Assembly: GCA_944321765.1 (NCBI GenBank)
Contig: CALUMQ010000024.1
Span: 40,514 to 104,513 of the forward strand
Length of the DNA stretch: 64,000 nucleotides
Source of the DNA: an uncultured Alistipes sp.
GTDB lineage: Bacteria > Bacteroidota > Bacteroidia > Bacteroidales > Rikenellaceae
Direction of reading: 5' to 3'
The notes under the pieces are model-generated. The model worked only from the letters and a program-made list of their open reading frames with translations. It had not been told where the DNA came from and made no database searches. The position numbers were made by a program, and so were the translations under genes. The stretch's first letter is position 1, and each line of letters opens with the position of its first letter. Below, in pieces: positions 1 through 9,987 of the stretch.

Positions 1-1
1 C

Positions 2-1243
2 CGCTACATCGTCACGGCCTCGTTCCGCGAGGATGGAGCCTCGCAGCTCTCGCCCGGCAACAAGTGGGCATTCTTCCCCTCGGCAGCCGTTGCATGGCGC
101 ATCTCCGAGGAGAACTTCATCAAGGACAACGCCGACTGGATCACGAACCTCAAGCTGCGTGCAAGCTACGGTATGACCGGTAACTACTCGATCGCGGCAT
201 ACGCCACCCTCGGAACCCTCTTCGGACGTTACGCCAACTTCGGATTCGGCGGTGACACGCACCTCCCGGGTCTGGAGCCCTCGACGCGCCCGACGCCCGA
301 TCTGGGATGGGAGCGCAACAAGATGCTCGACATCGGTCTGGACTTCGGATTTCTGAACGGCCGCATCTACGGTACGGTCGAGTACTACGACTCGAAGAGC
401 TACGACCTGCTCTACCTGAAGGTGCTGCCCTACACGACGGGCTTCAACCAAGCCTGGACCAACATCGGCGACACCCGCAACCGCGGTTGGGAGGCATCGC
501 TGTCGACCGTGCCCATTCAGAAGAAGGACTTCACGCTCAATGTCAACCTCTCCTACTACCGCAACAAGGAGGAGCTGGTACGTCTGCAGGATCCCAACAT
601 GAAGCAGGACCTGAACAACAACCTCTTCGTGGGATATCCCGTCAACGGCGTACACTACGACTACAAGCAGGTGGGCATCTGGCAGGAGAACGAAGCGGAT
701 CTGGCCGCCATCTACGGACAGAAGCCCGGTGAGGTCAAGGTGGCCGATCTGGACGGAAACGGCGTGATCGACGGAAACGACCGCACGATCCTCGGAACGA
801 CGCGTCCCGACTGGGTCGGAGGACTGCAGATCAGCGGCCGCTGGAAGAATCTCGACTTCTCGGTCGATGTCTACGGCGAGTTCGGCTCCCTGGCTTATGA
901 CGGCCGCAGCACGGGCGGCTGGGCCAGCGAACTGGGACGCTGGAACACCTACAAGATCGACTACTGGACGCCCGAGCACCCGACCAACCGCTACCCGCGC
1001 CCCGTCGAAGGGCAGGCGATCAAGTACCTCAGCGCCGCAGGATACTACGACAACAGCTACGTGAACATCCGCAACATTACGATCGGCTATACGCTGCCCT
1101 CTTCGTGGATGGGACGCATCGTCAAGAACACGCGCTTCTACTTCACGATGAACGATCCGTGGGGCTACAGCCAGTTCCGCGCCCAGGGCGGTATCTCCTG
1201 GTGGGAATCCTACTACATCTTCGGCGCCAGCGTACAGTTCTAA
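2..1243 (+). CDS. SusC/RagA-family TonB-dependent outer membrane transporter, C-terminal part (5' truncated by window)
   Basis: Frame open from nt 2 (RYIVTASFREDGASQL..KWAFFPSAAVAW); PDLGWE..DIGLDFGFLNGRI, KPGEVKVADLDGNGVID; C-terminal Phe; followed by SusD. Confidence 0.95.
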   Translation, partial: RYIVTASFREDGASQLSPGNKWAFFPSAAVAWRISEENFIKDNADWITNLKLRASYGMTGNYSIAAYATLGTLFGRYANFGFGGDTHLPGLEPSTRPTPDLGWERNKMLDIGLDFGFLNGRIYGTVEYYDSKSYDLLYLKVLPYTTGFNQAWTNIGDTRNRGWEASLSTVPIQKKDFTLNVNLSYYRNKEELVRLQDPNMKQDLNNNLFVGYPVNGVHYDYKQVGIWQENEADLAAIYGQKPGEVKVADLDGNGVIDGNDRTILGTTRPDWVGGLQISGRWKNLDFSVDVYGEFGSLAYDGRSTGGWASELGRWNTYKIDYWTPEHPTNRYPRPVEGQAIKYLSAAGYYDNSYVNIRNITIGYTLPSSWMGRIVKNTRFYFTMNDPWGYSQFRAQGGISWWESYYIFGASVQF

Positions 1244-1261
1244 TTCTAAAAAACCAAGATC

Positions 1262-2935
1262 ATGAAAAAGATAATAACGATCCTGCTCTCTGCCGCAGCG
1301 CTCGTCGGCACCACCGGCTGCGAGAGTTTTCTGGAAGAGGAGTCCTACGGATCGACAACGGACCTGTTCAACGAGGAGAACGGACTGAAGGCCTTCGTCA
1401 ACCTCTCCTACACGAAAATCAACAACCTTTACGGAGGCGACGGATTGTGGCCGCTGATGACCGAGCTGGGAACGGACCTCTTCCTGCGCGGCAAGAACCA
1501 GGGTGACACCGGACTGACCGACTACTACGGACTCGACGCCAACAACGGCAACGTCTCGGCGATCTGGAACCACTGCTACAAGGCTCTGGCCAACATCAAC
1601 ATGTTCATGGAGACGATCGACTCGACACCGTTTGCCGACGAATCCGAGAAGCTGCAGTGCAAGGCCGAGATGCTCGTCATGCGCTCGATGTTCCTCTGGA
1701 TCATCACCGAGACGTGGGGCGACAGCTACCTGCCGCGCACGACCGACGAGACCGAAGGCATGGAGGCCCGCCGCTCCTCGCGCGAAGATTTCTACAAGGA
1801 GATCATCGGAGGACTTGAGCAGGTGGTCAAGGAGGGCATGCTCGCCGACGAGCGCACCTCCGAAGCCGGACGCATCGACATGCCCACGGCCAAGGCGTTC
1901 CTGGCCCGCATGTACCTCTACAACGAGCAGTTCGAAGAGGCTGCCGAAATGGCCTCCGAGGTGATCGACGGTCCCTACGGATTCGAGTTGTGCCCCTCGC
2001 TGAAGGACCTTTGGGCCGACGACAAGACCAACGACGAGTTCATCTGGACGACGAACTTCACCAACGACGAATCCTACTCGCAGAGCAACTTCTACTGGCA
2101 GTGGTACGCCATGTACATCGACCGCTTCCCCGGGGTGCAGACCATGCTCGGATGGACCGGTTACGGCGGCTGCCAGGCCATTCCGTCGCTCTACTACATC
2201 GACAACTTCAACCGTGAGGCCGACCTGCGCTGGCGCGACCTGCACCAGTGGGTATGGTACTACAACGACCCGGCCGACGACCGTTCGGCATTCCCCGACA
2301 ACCAGTGGCGCGAGTACATCGACACGGCGCTCTACTGCTGCCCCGACGTGCTGCCCGAGTCTGAACGCCAGCGCATGAAGAGCTGCTACACCTTCTTCGA
2401 CCGCAACGACATGTACGATTCGAAAGGCATTCCGCAGGATCGCTGGACATTCATCGGCATGACGAAGTTCTACGACCACACGCGTCCGGGCAACATGTCG
2501 ACGCTCTCCGACCGTTCGTACCCCGTGATGCGTCTGGGCGAGCTCTACCTGATCCGTGCCGAGGCCAACATCCGCAAGGCCAATCCCGATCTGAAGGCTG
2601 CCGCACAGGACATCATGACCCTGCGCGAGCGCGCCATCCGACAGGATTCCGACGACCCGCAGCAGAACAAGGCATGGCGCGACGCCATGACCGTCACGGC
2701 CGCCGACATGGACGTGGACTTCATTCTCGAGGAGCGCGCCCGGGAGCTGGCCGGCGAATGGCAGCGGTGGCTCGACCTCAAGCGTCTGGGCAAACTCGTC
2801 GAGCGCGTGAAGCTCTACAATCCCGACGCGGCGGAGAATATCGAGGAGTACCACGTCGTACGCCCGATTCCGCAATCGCAGTTCGACGGCATGCCCGACT
2901 GGACGACGCTGGGACAGAACGAAGGATACAATTAA
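1262..2935 (+). CDS. SusD/RagB-family glycan-binding lipoprotein
   Basis: Lipobox TTGC-ESFLEE; AKAFLARMYL, MRLGELYLIRAEA, ILEERARELAGEWQRWLDLKR, QNEGY terminus. Confidence 0.95.
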   Translation: MKKIITILLSAAALVGTTGCESFLEEESYGSTTDLFNEENGLKAFVNLSYTKINNLYGGDGLWPLMTELGTDLFLRGKNQGDTGLTDYYGLDANNGNVSAIWNHCYKALANINMFMETIDSTPFADESEKLQCKAEMLVMRSMFLWIITETWGDSYLPRTTDETEGMEARRSSREDFYKEIIGGLEQVVKEGMLADERTSEAGRIDMPTAKAFLARMYLYNEQFEEAAEMASEVIDGPYGFELCPSLKDLWADDKTNDEFIWTTNFTNDESYSQSNFYWQWYAMYIDRFPGVQTMLGWTGYGGCQAIPSLYYIDNFNREADLRWRDLHQWVWYYNDPADDRSAFPDNQWREYIDTALYCCPDVLPESERQRMKSCYTFFDRNDMYDSKGIPQDRWTFIGMTKFYDHTRPGNMSTLSDRSYPVMRLGELYLIRAEANIRKANPDLKAAAQDIMTLRERAIRQDSDDPQQNKAWRDAMTVTAADMDVDFILEERARELAGEWQRWLDLKRLGKLVERVKLYNPDAAENIEEYHVVRPIPQSQFDGMPDWTTLGQNEGYN

Positions 2936-2981
2936 CCGTTAACCGCAAAACGGGCAATCCACATATAAACCAACACGAAAC

Positions 2982-3917
2982 ATGAAAACGATAGTCAAGA
3001 TATGGACGCTCCTCGTCTGCTGCACGGGCCTGCTGCTCGCCTCGTGCAACGACGATGAGATCTCGGATGCAAAACAGGCGCTGATAAGCCTCATCCGCGA
3101 AGCCGAGACGCTGATTCTCGAAACAGAAGAGGGCACCAACGAGGGCGACATCGCCCCGGGGTCGAAGAAGATTCTCCAGGCACGTATCGACCAGGCCTAC
3201 TACATCATGAACAACACCGACCGCGACGAGGGATACGTCAACGCCGGCAAACAGCTCGAGGAGGCCATGGCAGCCTTCAATGCCAACATCGTAAAGGCCG
3301 GCATCCCGCGCTTCGGCCTCGGCTCGAAGATGAATCTCGGCGCCTCGGCCGACTGGGGGCTCGAGGATGCCTTCACCATCGAGATGAAGGTCCGCTACAC
3401 GGAATTCGCTTCGGGAGACCAGTCGATCATCTCCAACGAAGCCGGCAGCGGAGGCTTCATGATCCGCAACAACGGCAATCAGCTCCAGTTCTACATCTAC
3501 GATGCCGACATCAACAACTGGAACGGCGGAGGCTGCTGCACCATCGAGCTAAACAGGTGGTACCATATCGCCGCCACCTACCAAGCCGGCGGAAAGATGG
3601 TCTTCTACCTCGACGGCGAACAGGTCAGCTCGGTCAACTGCGGCACGCTGGCCACGTCGGCCTCCGATCTCCAGCTGGGAACTTCGCCCTACTATACGGA
3701 CCGCTACATGCGCGGCGACATCCAGTACGTGTCGATCTGGGAGGACGCCCGCACGGCCAGCGAAGTGGCGGCCGACACAGCCTGCGACTTCGACGGCACC
3801 GAAGAGGGGCTGATGGCTTACTGGCCGCTGACGCTCAACGTCGGTACGGATATCACCGACCAGACCGGCAACCACGTGGCAGCGATGACGGATGTCACCT
3901 GGATGGATGCTGAATAA
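2982..3917 (+). CDS. PUL surface lipoprotein with helical N-domain and LamG/concanavalin-like C-domain (probable surface glycan-binding protein)
   Basis: Lipobox LLASC followed by acidic NDDE; FTIEMKV, WYHIAATY..FYLDGEQV, GDIQYVSIW, GLMAYWPL LamG motifs. Confidence 0.8.
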   Translation: MKTIVKIWTLLVCCTGLLLASCNDDEISDAKQALISLIREAETLILETEEGTNEGDIAPGSKKILQARIDQAYYIMNNTDRDEGYVNAGKQLEEAMAAFNANIVKAGIPRFGLGSKMNLGASADWGLEDAFTIEMKVRYTEFASGDQSIISNEAGSGGFMIRNNGNQLQFYIYDADINNWNGGGCCTIELNRWYHIAATYQAGGKMVFYLDGEQVSSVNCGTLATSASDLQLGTSPYYTDRYMRGDIQYVSIWEDARTASEVAADTACDFDGTEEGLMAYWPLTLNVGTDITDQTGNHVAAMTDVTWMDAE

Positions 3918-3951
3918 ACCCTTCTGACTCAAACCCAAACCTACACGCGAC

Positions 3952-6900
3952 ATGACTTACCGCAAACTGGCCCTGCTCGCCACGCTTCTGAGCACGATAT
4001 GGATCGCCCGCGGGGCGAATCCATATCCTGCCCGGGTGTGGGAGATCGGGAAAAGCGACGGATCCTCCGCCGAGTTTGCCCTCGACGACGCCGGATACCG
4101 GGCATTTTCGGAGCGCTTCCCGTCGGGCATCGCGCTCTACACCGTCGGGCGCAACACCGCATCAGACGTTCCCTTTGTCATCCCCGGGCCCGACGACGCC
4201 TGGGCCGGCAACGTCCGGGGAGGCGTGCTTGTCCGCTTCGCCGTCAAGCAGGCCGACCCCGCAACATCGCTGCGTCTGACACTCGACTATGTCGAGGTGC
4301 ACAGCTCCTCGGCCCCGAAGATCGAGGTTACGCTCAACGACTTCCGTACCGAGATCCAGACTCCGGCAGGTGCCAACCAGGATTATCTCGATACGCGCAG
4401 CACCCCCTCGCGGGGTCTTCGCTCAACGATAGAGATCCCGGCCGGCGTGCTCCACACGGGAGACAACATTCTCTCGATACGCTCCACGGCAGGCAGCTGG
4501 ATGGTTCTCGATGACATGCGCCTGGAGGCTTCGGCCGCCGTGGCGACGACCCCGGCAAAGGGCGGAACGACGCTCTTCTCGGCGGAGTCCGAACCGGCGC
4601 TCATCTACGGCAGGACTCACGACGAACTGCTCCACCCCGTGACGCTGAATATCGCCAACTGGGAGAGCAAGGTTCGCAAAGTCGCCTGGAGCTATGACGG
4701 CAAGCCGGGCGGCGAGGTGCGCCTTGCCCCGGGCATGAACCGCCTGCAGGTGGGCATTCCGCAGGGATACGACGACAAGGAGGTGACCTTCGCCGTCGGC
4801 ACGTCGGGCAACCGGCAGACGGCCGGCACGCGGATCCGTCCGGCCGAGCAATGGACGATCTACCTGGTTCAGCACACCCATACCGATATCGGCTACACGA
4901 AGCCGCAGACGGAGATTCTGACCGAGCACCTGCGATACATCGACTACGCGCTGGAGTATTGTGAAGCCACGGAGGAGTATCCCGACGACGCGAAGTTCCG
5001 CTGGACGTGCGAGGCGTCGTGGGCCGTCCGCGAATGGCTGCGGGTCCGTCCCCAGGAGCAGATCGACAAGTTCCTGCACTTTGTGAAGAACGGACAGATC
5101 GAGGTGACCGCCATGTTCTTCAACATGTCGGAACTCTCGGGCGAAAACGCCTACAAGACCTTTCTGGAGCCCGTCTCCACGTTCCATGAGCTGGGAATTC
5201 CCGTCGTGACGGCCATGCAGGACGACGTGAACGGCGTGGCATGGTGTCTGGCCGACTACCTGCCCGCGATCGGGGTCAAGTATCTGACCATGGGATCCAA
5301 CGGGCATCGGGCCCTGATCCCCTTCGACCGTCCGACGCTCTACCGGTGGGAGTCTCCTTCGGGAAAGAGCCTGCTGTCGTTCCGCGCCGACCACTACAAC
5401 ACGGCCAACTTCTGGGGCATCGACCGCGGTGACATGGAGGGAGTCCGCAACGGCGTCTTCTCCTACATCCGCTCGCTGCGGGCCCGGGGGTATGATTTTC
5501 CGCTCGTCACGGCCCAATACTCGGGCTATTTCACAGACAATTCGCCTCCGTCGATGAAGGAGTGCGCCCTGATCCGCGACTGGAATGCACACTATGCGTG
5601 GCCGAAGCTGCGCAGCGCCACGGTGCACGAATTCCTGGAACAGATCGATACGAAATACGCAGACCGGCTGCCCGTCTATCGCGCCGCCTACCCCGACTGG
5701 TGGACCGACGGATTCGGCTCGGCAGCCCGCGAAACGGCCGCATCGCGCAAGACCCAGTCCGACATGACGACCATCGGCGGCATGCTCTCGATGGCAGCGC
5801 TCTCGGGCGACGAAGGAATTCCGGGGACCCACGACGAAACGCGCCGCATCCATGAGAACCTGCTCTTCTACGACGAGCACACGTTCGGTGCCACCGAGAG
5901 CATCAGCGATCCGCTGTGCGAGAACTCCCAGGTGCAGTGGGCCGAAAAGGGCTCCTATGTCTGGGAGGCGCTCAAAAGCGCCCAGATGCTCTACGAAGCC
6001 TCGGCAGGACGTCTGCAGCAGAACCTGCACCGCTCGATGCGCCCGACGGTGACCTTCTTCAACCCGATGGGTGAAGAGCGTTCGGCCCTGACGACCGTCT
6101 ACATCGATTTCGAACTCATTCCCCAGGACCGGGCCTTCCGGCTGGTGGACGAACAGGGAAACACCCTGCGGGTACAGCCGCTCCGCTCGCGCCGCGAAGG
6201 ACGCTACTACGCCATCTGGGCCGAGCGGATCCCCGCCATGGGCTACAAGACCTATGAAATCGTTCTGGACGAAGGCAAGGCTCCGGAGCCCCAGCCCTTC
6301 GAGATCGCGGACAACACGATCGAAAACGACTTCTACCGGATGAGCTTCGATCCCGAATCGGGAGGCATCCGCTCGCTGCAGGACAAGGAGCTGGGACTCG
6401 AACTGGTCGACACCGAAGCCGACTGGCGGTTGGGAGACTTCATCTACGAATCGCTCGAAGGTGACCGCCACCAGATGGAGCGCAAGGTCTTCGAGAAGTT
6501 CCACCGCTCGGGACTGCGCAACGTCCGCTTCACGGGAGCCCGGAAGGGTGTCATCTACACGTCGGTCACCCTCCGCGGCGAGGCCGACGGCTGCGAACCC
6601 GACTTCGGGGTGCGCATCGAGGTGCGGCTCTACAACGACATCAAACGCATCGAGTTCCACTACGCGGCCAAACGTCTTCCCGAAACCGATCCTTCGGGAC
6701 TCTACGTGGCCTTCCCCTTCGCGCTGGACAACGGACGCCTGGCCTTCGACGTCCCGGGAGGAGTGGTCTACGCCGGAGAGAATCAGATTCCGGGATCGTC
6801 GGCTTCGTGGAACACCGTTCAGAACTTTGCTTCGGTGCGCAACGGGCAGGCACAGATCCTCGTGAGCTGCGACGCCATTCCCCTCTTCATGATGGGAGAG

Positions 6901-7401
6901 CTGCTCAACGACCCGTACCGCCAGCCCCGCGAATACACCAAGCCGCACCTCTTCTCGTGGGTGACGAACAACTACTGGACGACCAACTTCCGGGCCTCGC
7001 AGGAGGGTGAGCTCAACTGGAATTACGCGCTGACCTCCACGTCCGACACCTCCAACGCCGAAGCCTCGGCATTCGGATGGGGCAACCGCATTCCGCTCTA
7101 TGCCCGCGTCATGCCGGCCGCCCGCACGGCGAACGACAGGGCCTGGTCGAAGTCGTTCCTGCGAACGGGATGCGATCACGTGCTGATGACATCGTGCACG
7201 CCGTCAATCGCCGAACCCGGGAGCGTGATGATCAACCTGCGCGAGACGGACGGACGCCAGGCTACCCTGACCCTGCTCGACGCCAACGGACAGCCGCTCG
7301 CCTTCGAACGGGTCAACGTGCTGGACGAAGTACAGGGAGAAAAAGTGACGTCTCTGTCCCTCGGGGCATACGAAAACGTCTTCGTACGCGTTCATCCGTA
7401 A
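3952..7401 (+). CDS. GH38-like alpha-mannosidase with N-terminal beta-sandwich (PL4 domain III-like) modules
   Basis: Signal peptide; HTHTDIGY metal motif, FRWTCE, AMQDDVNG, LLFYDEHTFG, NNYWTTNF; adjacent to GH92. Confidence 0.8.
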   Translation: MTYRKLALLATLLSTIWIARGANPYPARVWEIGKSDGSSAEFALDDAGYRAFSERFPSGIALYTVGRNTASDVPFVIPGPDDAWAGNVRGGVLVRFAVKQADPATSLRLTLDYVEVHSSSAPKIEVTLNDFRTEIQTPAGANQDYLDTRSTPSRGLRSTIEIPAGVLHTGDNILSIRSTAGSWMVLDDMRLEASAAVATTPAKGGTTLFSAESEPALIYGRTHDELLHPVTLNIANWESKVRKVAWSYDGKPGGEVRLAPGMNRLQVGIPQGYDDKEVTFAVGTSGNRQTAGTRIRPAEQWTIYLVQHTHTDIGYTKPQTEILTEHLRYIDYALEYCEATEEYPDDAKFRWTCEASWAVREWLRVRPQEQIDKFLHFVKNGQIEVTAMFFNMSELSGENAYKTFLEPVSTFHELGIPVVTAMQDDVNGVAWCLADYLPAIGVKYLTMGSNGHRALIPFDRPTLYRWESPSGKSLLSFRADHYNTANFWGIDRGDMEGVRNGVFSYIRSLRARGYDFPLVTAQYSGYFTDNSPPSMKECALIRDWNAHYAWPKLRSATVHEFLEQIDTKYADRLPVYRAAYPDWWTDGFGSAARETAASRKTQSDMTTIGGMLSMAALSGDEGIPGTHDETRRIHENLLFYDEHTFGATESISDPLCENSQVQWAEKGSYVWEALKSAQMLYEASAGRLQQNLHRSMRPTVTFFNPMGEERSALTTVYIDFELIPQDRAFRLVDEQGNTLRVQPLRSRREGRYYAIWAERIPAMGYKTYEIVLDEGKAPEPQPFEIADNTIENDFYRMSFDPESGGIRSLQDKELGLELVDTEADWRLGDFIYESLEGDRHQMERKVFEKFHRSGLRNVRFTGARKGVIYTSVTLRGEADGCEPDFGVRIEVRLYNDIKRIEFHYAAKRLPETDPSGLYVAFPFALDNGRLAFDVPGGVVYAGENQIPGSSASWNTVQNFASVRNGQAQILVSCDAIPLFMMGELLNDPYRQPREYTKPHLFSWVTNNYWTTNFRASQEGELNWNYALTSTSDTSNAEASAFGWGNRIPLYARVMPAARTANDRAWSKSFLRTGCDHVLMTSCTPSIAEPGSVMINLRETDGRQATLTLLDANGQPLAFERVNVLDEVQGEKVTSLSLGAYENVFVRVHP

Positions 7402-7431
7402 AAGAATTCGATCAAAAAGATCCGACAACAG

Positions 7432-7467
7432 TGAAAGCCGGGGGAGGTTCTCTTCCCCCGGCTTTCA
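7432..7467 (+). other. GC-rich intergenic stem-loop inside PUL (no U-tract)
   Basis: tgaaagccgggggagg-ttct-cttcccccggctttca. Confidence 0.7.
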
Positions 7468-7510
7468 AATTACGAATCGGCGAAGAGCGCCGAACCATCC
7501 GGAGTCAACC

Positions 7511-9859
7511 ATGAAAAAACTGCTTTTTCTGCTCGCCGCGTGCACCGCAATGGCCTGCGACAAGGCGCCGCGACCCATCGACTGCGTCGATCCCAACCTG
7601 GGATCCGTCCACAGCCGCTGGTTCTTTTACACCCCGGCATCCGAACCCTTCGGACTGGCCAAGCAAGGGCCCTCGACCAACGGCAGCTACACGAGTCCCG
7701 ACGGCTGGGAGGCCGTCGGGTACGAGGACATGCACACCTCGATCGAAGGATTTCCCTGCCTGCATGAGTTCCAGATCGGCGGGGTGATGCTGATGCCCAC
7801 CGTAGGAGGGCTCCAGACGGTTCCCGGACGACTGGAGGATCCCGACGAAGGATTCCGCTCACGCTTCGACAAGGCCGACGAAGTCGCCCGACCGGGATAC
7901 TATGCCGTACGTCTGAAGGATTACGACATCCGCGTCGAGCTGACCTCGACCACCCGCGTGGCCTTTCAGCGTTACACGTTCCCGGCTTCGGATGAGTCGA
8001 ACATTCTCTTCGATATCGGCAATGCCATCGGGGAGAGCGGTCCGGTGGTGGATGCCGGTGTCAGGGTGCTCGATCCGCAGCGGATCGAAGGATACGCCGT
8101 CTACCAGCCGCTCTACGCACGGAAATATCAGCCCGGAGCGACGATCAGTGTCTATTTTTATGCCGAAGTAAGCCGCCCGGCCGACGGATGGAGGCTCTAC
8201 CGCCGCGGCGAGGAGCCCTTCGAGGGAGACGAACTGCACGGCACCGGAGCCGGAGCAGCGCTGCGCTATACGACCCGTGCGCAGGAGCAGATCGAGGTCC
8301 GCATAGGGCTCTCCTACACCTCGATCAAGAATGCCCGGGCCAACCTGCAGGGCGAAGCCGACGGATTGGATTTCGACGATGTGCGCAAACGCACGCAGGC
8401 CAAGTGGAGCAAAAGTCTCGGACGCATCCGGGTCGAAGGCGGCAGCGAGGCCGCACGCACGAAGTTCTACACGGGGCTCTACCACGCCCTGCTGGGGCGC
8501 GGTATTGCCAGCGACATCAACGGAGCCTATCCCCACAACGACGGGAGCATCGGCCAGATTCCGACCGACGGGAAGGGCAGGCCGCTCTTCTGCCACTACA
8601 ACACCGATGCGGTGTGGGGTGCCTACTGGGACCTGGCCCTGCTGTGGGAGTTGGCCTACCCGGACTACTACAATGATTTCATTCGCAGTCAGTTGCTCGT
8701 CTACGAGGATACCGGGTGGCTCGGCGACGGCATCGCCTGCAGCAAGTTCGTCTCGGGCGTGGGCACCAACATGATGAGCGTCATAATGGCCGGAGCCTAT
8801 CAGAACGGAATCCGGGACTTCGACGTCGAGAAGGCCTACAGGGCCGCTCTGCGCAACGAACTCGACGGAGAGTATCGGCCGGCAGGTGCAGGGAAAGAGG
8901 ATATCCCGGCATTCATGAGATTCGGCTACGTGCCCTTCGACGACGGATCGCAACCCTTCTGCGGAACAAAGGGTTCGGCATACGGCGCCTCCCACACGCT
9001 CGAATACTCGTTCAGCGCCTACGCCGTGGCACAGTGGGCCAAGGCCCTCGGGCGCGACGGAGACTACGAACAGCTCACAAGGCTCTCCAGGGGTTGGGAG
9101 CGGCTCTTCGATCCCGACCTGAGGATGATCCGCCCGCGGCGCGCCGACGGAGCGTTTCTCGAAAACTTCGATCCGCTGGAATCCTGGCGGGGTTTTCAGG
9201 AGGGGAACGCCGTACAGTATACCTACTTCGTGCCCGGAGACCCCGACGAACTGATCAGGCGTATCGGTTCCGAGGCATTCTCCGCACGTCTGGATTCGAT
9301 CTTCACCGTGGCCCGGGCCGCGGTATTCGGCGGCGGCAAGGTAGTCAATGCCTTCTCGGGGGTTCAAAGTCCCTACAACCACGGCAACCAACCCAGCCTG
9401 CACATCTCCTGGTTGTTCAACTACGCACACAAACCCTGGCTGACGCAGAAGTGGACCCGGCTGATCTGCGACGAGTTCTACGGCACCGATGCCGAACACG
9501 GTTACGGATACGGGCAGGACGAGGACCAGGGACAGCTCGGCGCCTGGTACGTGATGGCCGCCATGGGGCTCTTCGACGTGCAGGGCGGCACCAGCCTGCG
9601 CCCGACCTTCCAGATCGGCAGTCCGCAGTTCGACCGCATTACGATCCGCAACGACCGCGGGGAACGCTTCACGATCGAAACCGAAGGAAACGGTCCGCAG
9701 GCCTGCTACGTACAGTCGGCCACGCTCAACGGCAAACCGCTCGACAACTGCTGGTTCTTCCGCGATGAAATGACCGACGGAGGCACCCTGCGTCTGAAGA
9801 TGGGTCCGCAGCCCAATGAACAATGGGGTGCAAAACAATCGCCCAGCTACTCGAAATAG
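7511..9859 (+). CDS. GH92 alpha-1,2-mannosidase family protein (lipoprotein)
   Basis: TAMAC lipobox; PGYYAVRL, FYTGLYHAL, SHTLEYS, FQEGNA, YNHGNQP, GQDEDQGQLGAWYV. Confidence 0.93.
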   Translation: MKKLLFLLAACTAMACDKAPRPIDCVDPNLGSVHSRWFFYTPASEPFGLAKQGPSTNGSYTSPDGWEAVGYEDMHTSIEGFPCLHEFQIGGVMLMPTVGGLQTVPGRLEDPDEGFRSRFDKADEVARPGYYAVRLKDYDIRVELTSTTRVAFQRYTFPASDESNILFDIGNAIGESGPVVDAGVRVLDPQRIEGYAVYQPLYARKYQPGATISVYFYAEVSRPADGWRLYRRGEEPFEGDELHGTGAGAALRYTTRAQEQIEVRIGLSYTSIKNARANLQGEADGLDFDDVRKRTQAKWSKSLGRIRVEGGSEAARTKFYTGLYHALLGRGIASDINGAYPHNDGSIGQIPTDGKGRPLFCHYNTDAVWGAYWDLALLWELAYPDYYNDFIRSQLLVYEDTGWLGDGIACSKFVSGVGTNMMSVIMAGAYQNGIRDFDVEKAYRAALRNELDGEYRPAGAGKEDIPAFMRFGYVPFDDGSQPFCGTKGSAYGASHTLEYSFSAYAVAQWAKALGRDGDYEQLTRLSRGWERLFDPDLRMIRPRRADGAFLENFDPLESWRGFQEGNAVQYTYFVPGDPDELIRRIGSEAFSARLDSIFTVARAAVFGGGKVVNAFSGVQSPYNHGNQPSLHISWLFNYAHKPWLTQKWTRLICDEFYGTDAEHGYGYGQDEDQGQLGAWYVMAAMGLFDVQGGTSLRPTFQIGSPQFDRITIRNDRGERFTIETEGNGPQACYVQSATLNGKPLDNCWFFRDEMTDGGTLRLKMGPQPNEQWGAKQSPSYSK

Positions 9860-9886
9860 CCGCCCGACGCCATACCCTCACCTCTG

Positions 9887-9934
9887 CTTCCTCACGCCTT
9901 TTCACCGGGAAATGCGCGTGAGGGAGTTTTATTT
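9887..9934 (+). terminator. Probable intrinsic terminator of left PUL
   Basis: cttcctcacgc...gcgtgagggag stem followed by ttttattt. Confidence 0.5.
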
Positions 9935-9963
9935 GCCGGGACCTTCATTTTTTCCTATCTTTG
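9932..9963 (+). promoter_or_regulatory. Bacteroidota sigma70 promoter (-33 TTTG / -7 TATCTTTG) for ftsY-rimO
   Basis: TTTG 9932-35, 20-nt spacer, TATCTTTG 9956-63. Confidence 0.7.
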
Positions 9964-9987
9964 TCCCCAAAGACAACTCTACACGGT

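Noticed and set aside
4423-7179. 918-aa antisense ORF over the GH38-like gene (similar ones at 7859-9838, 34625-36973, 47667-49628, 57341-59788, 61122-63119)
   Set aside because: Shadow ORFs expected from GC3-rich codon bias on the opposite strand of real genes; no recognisable motifs
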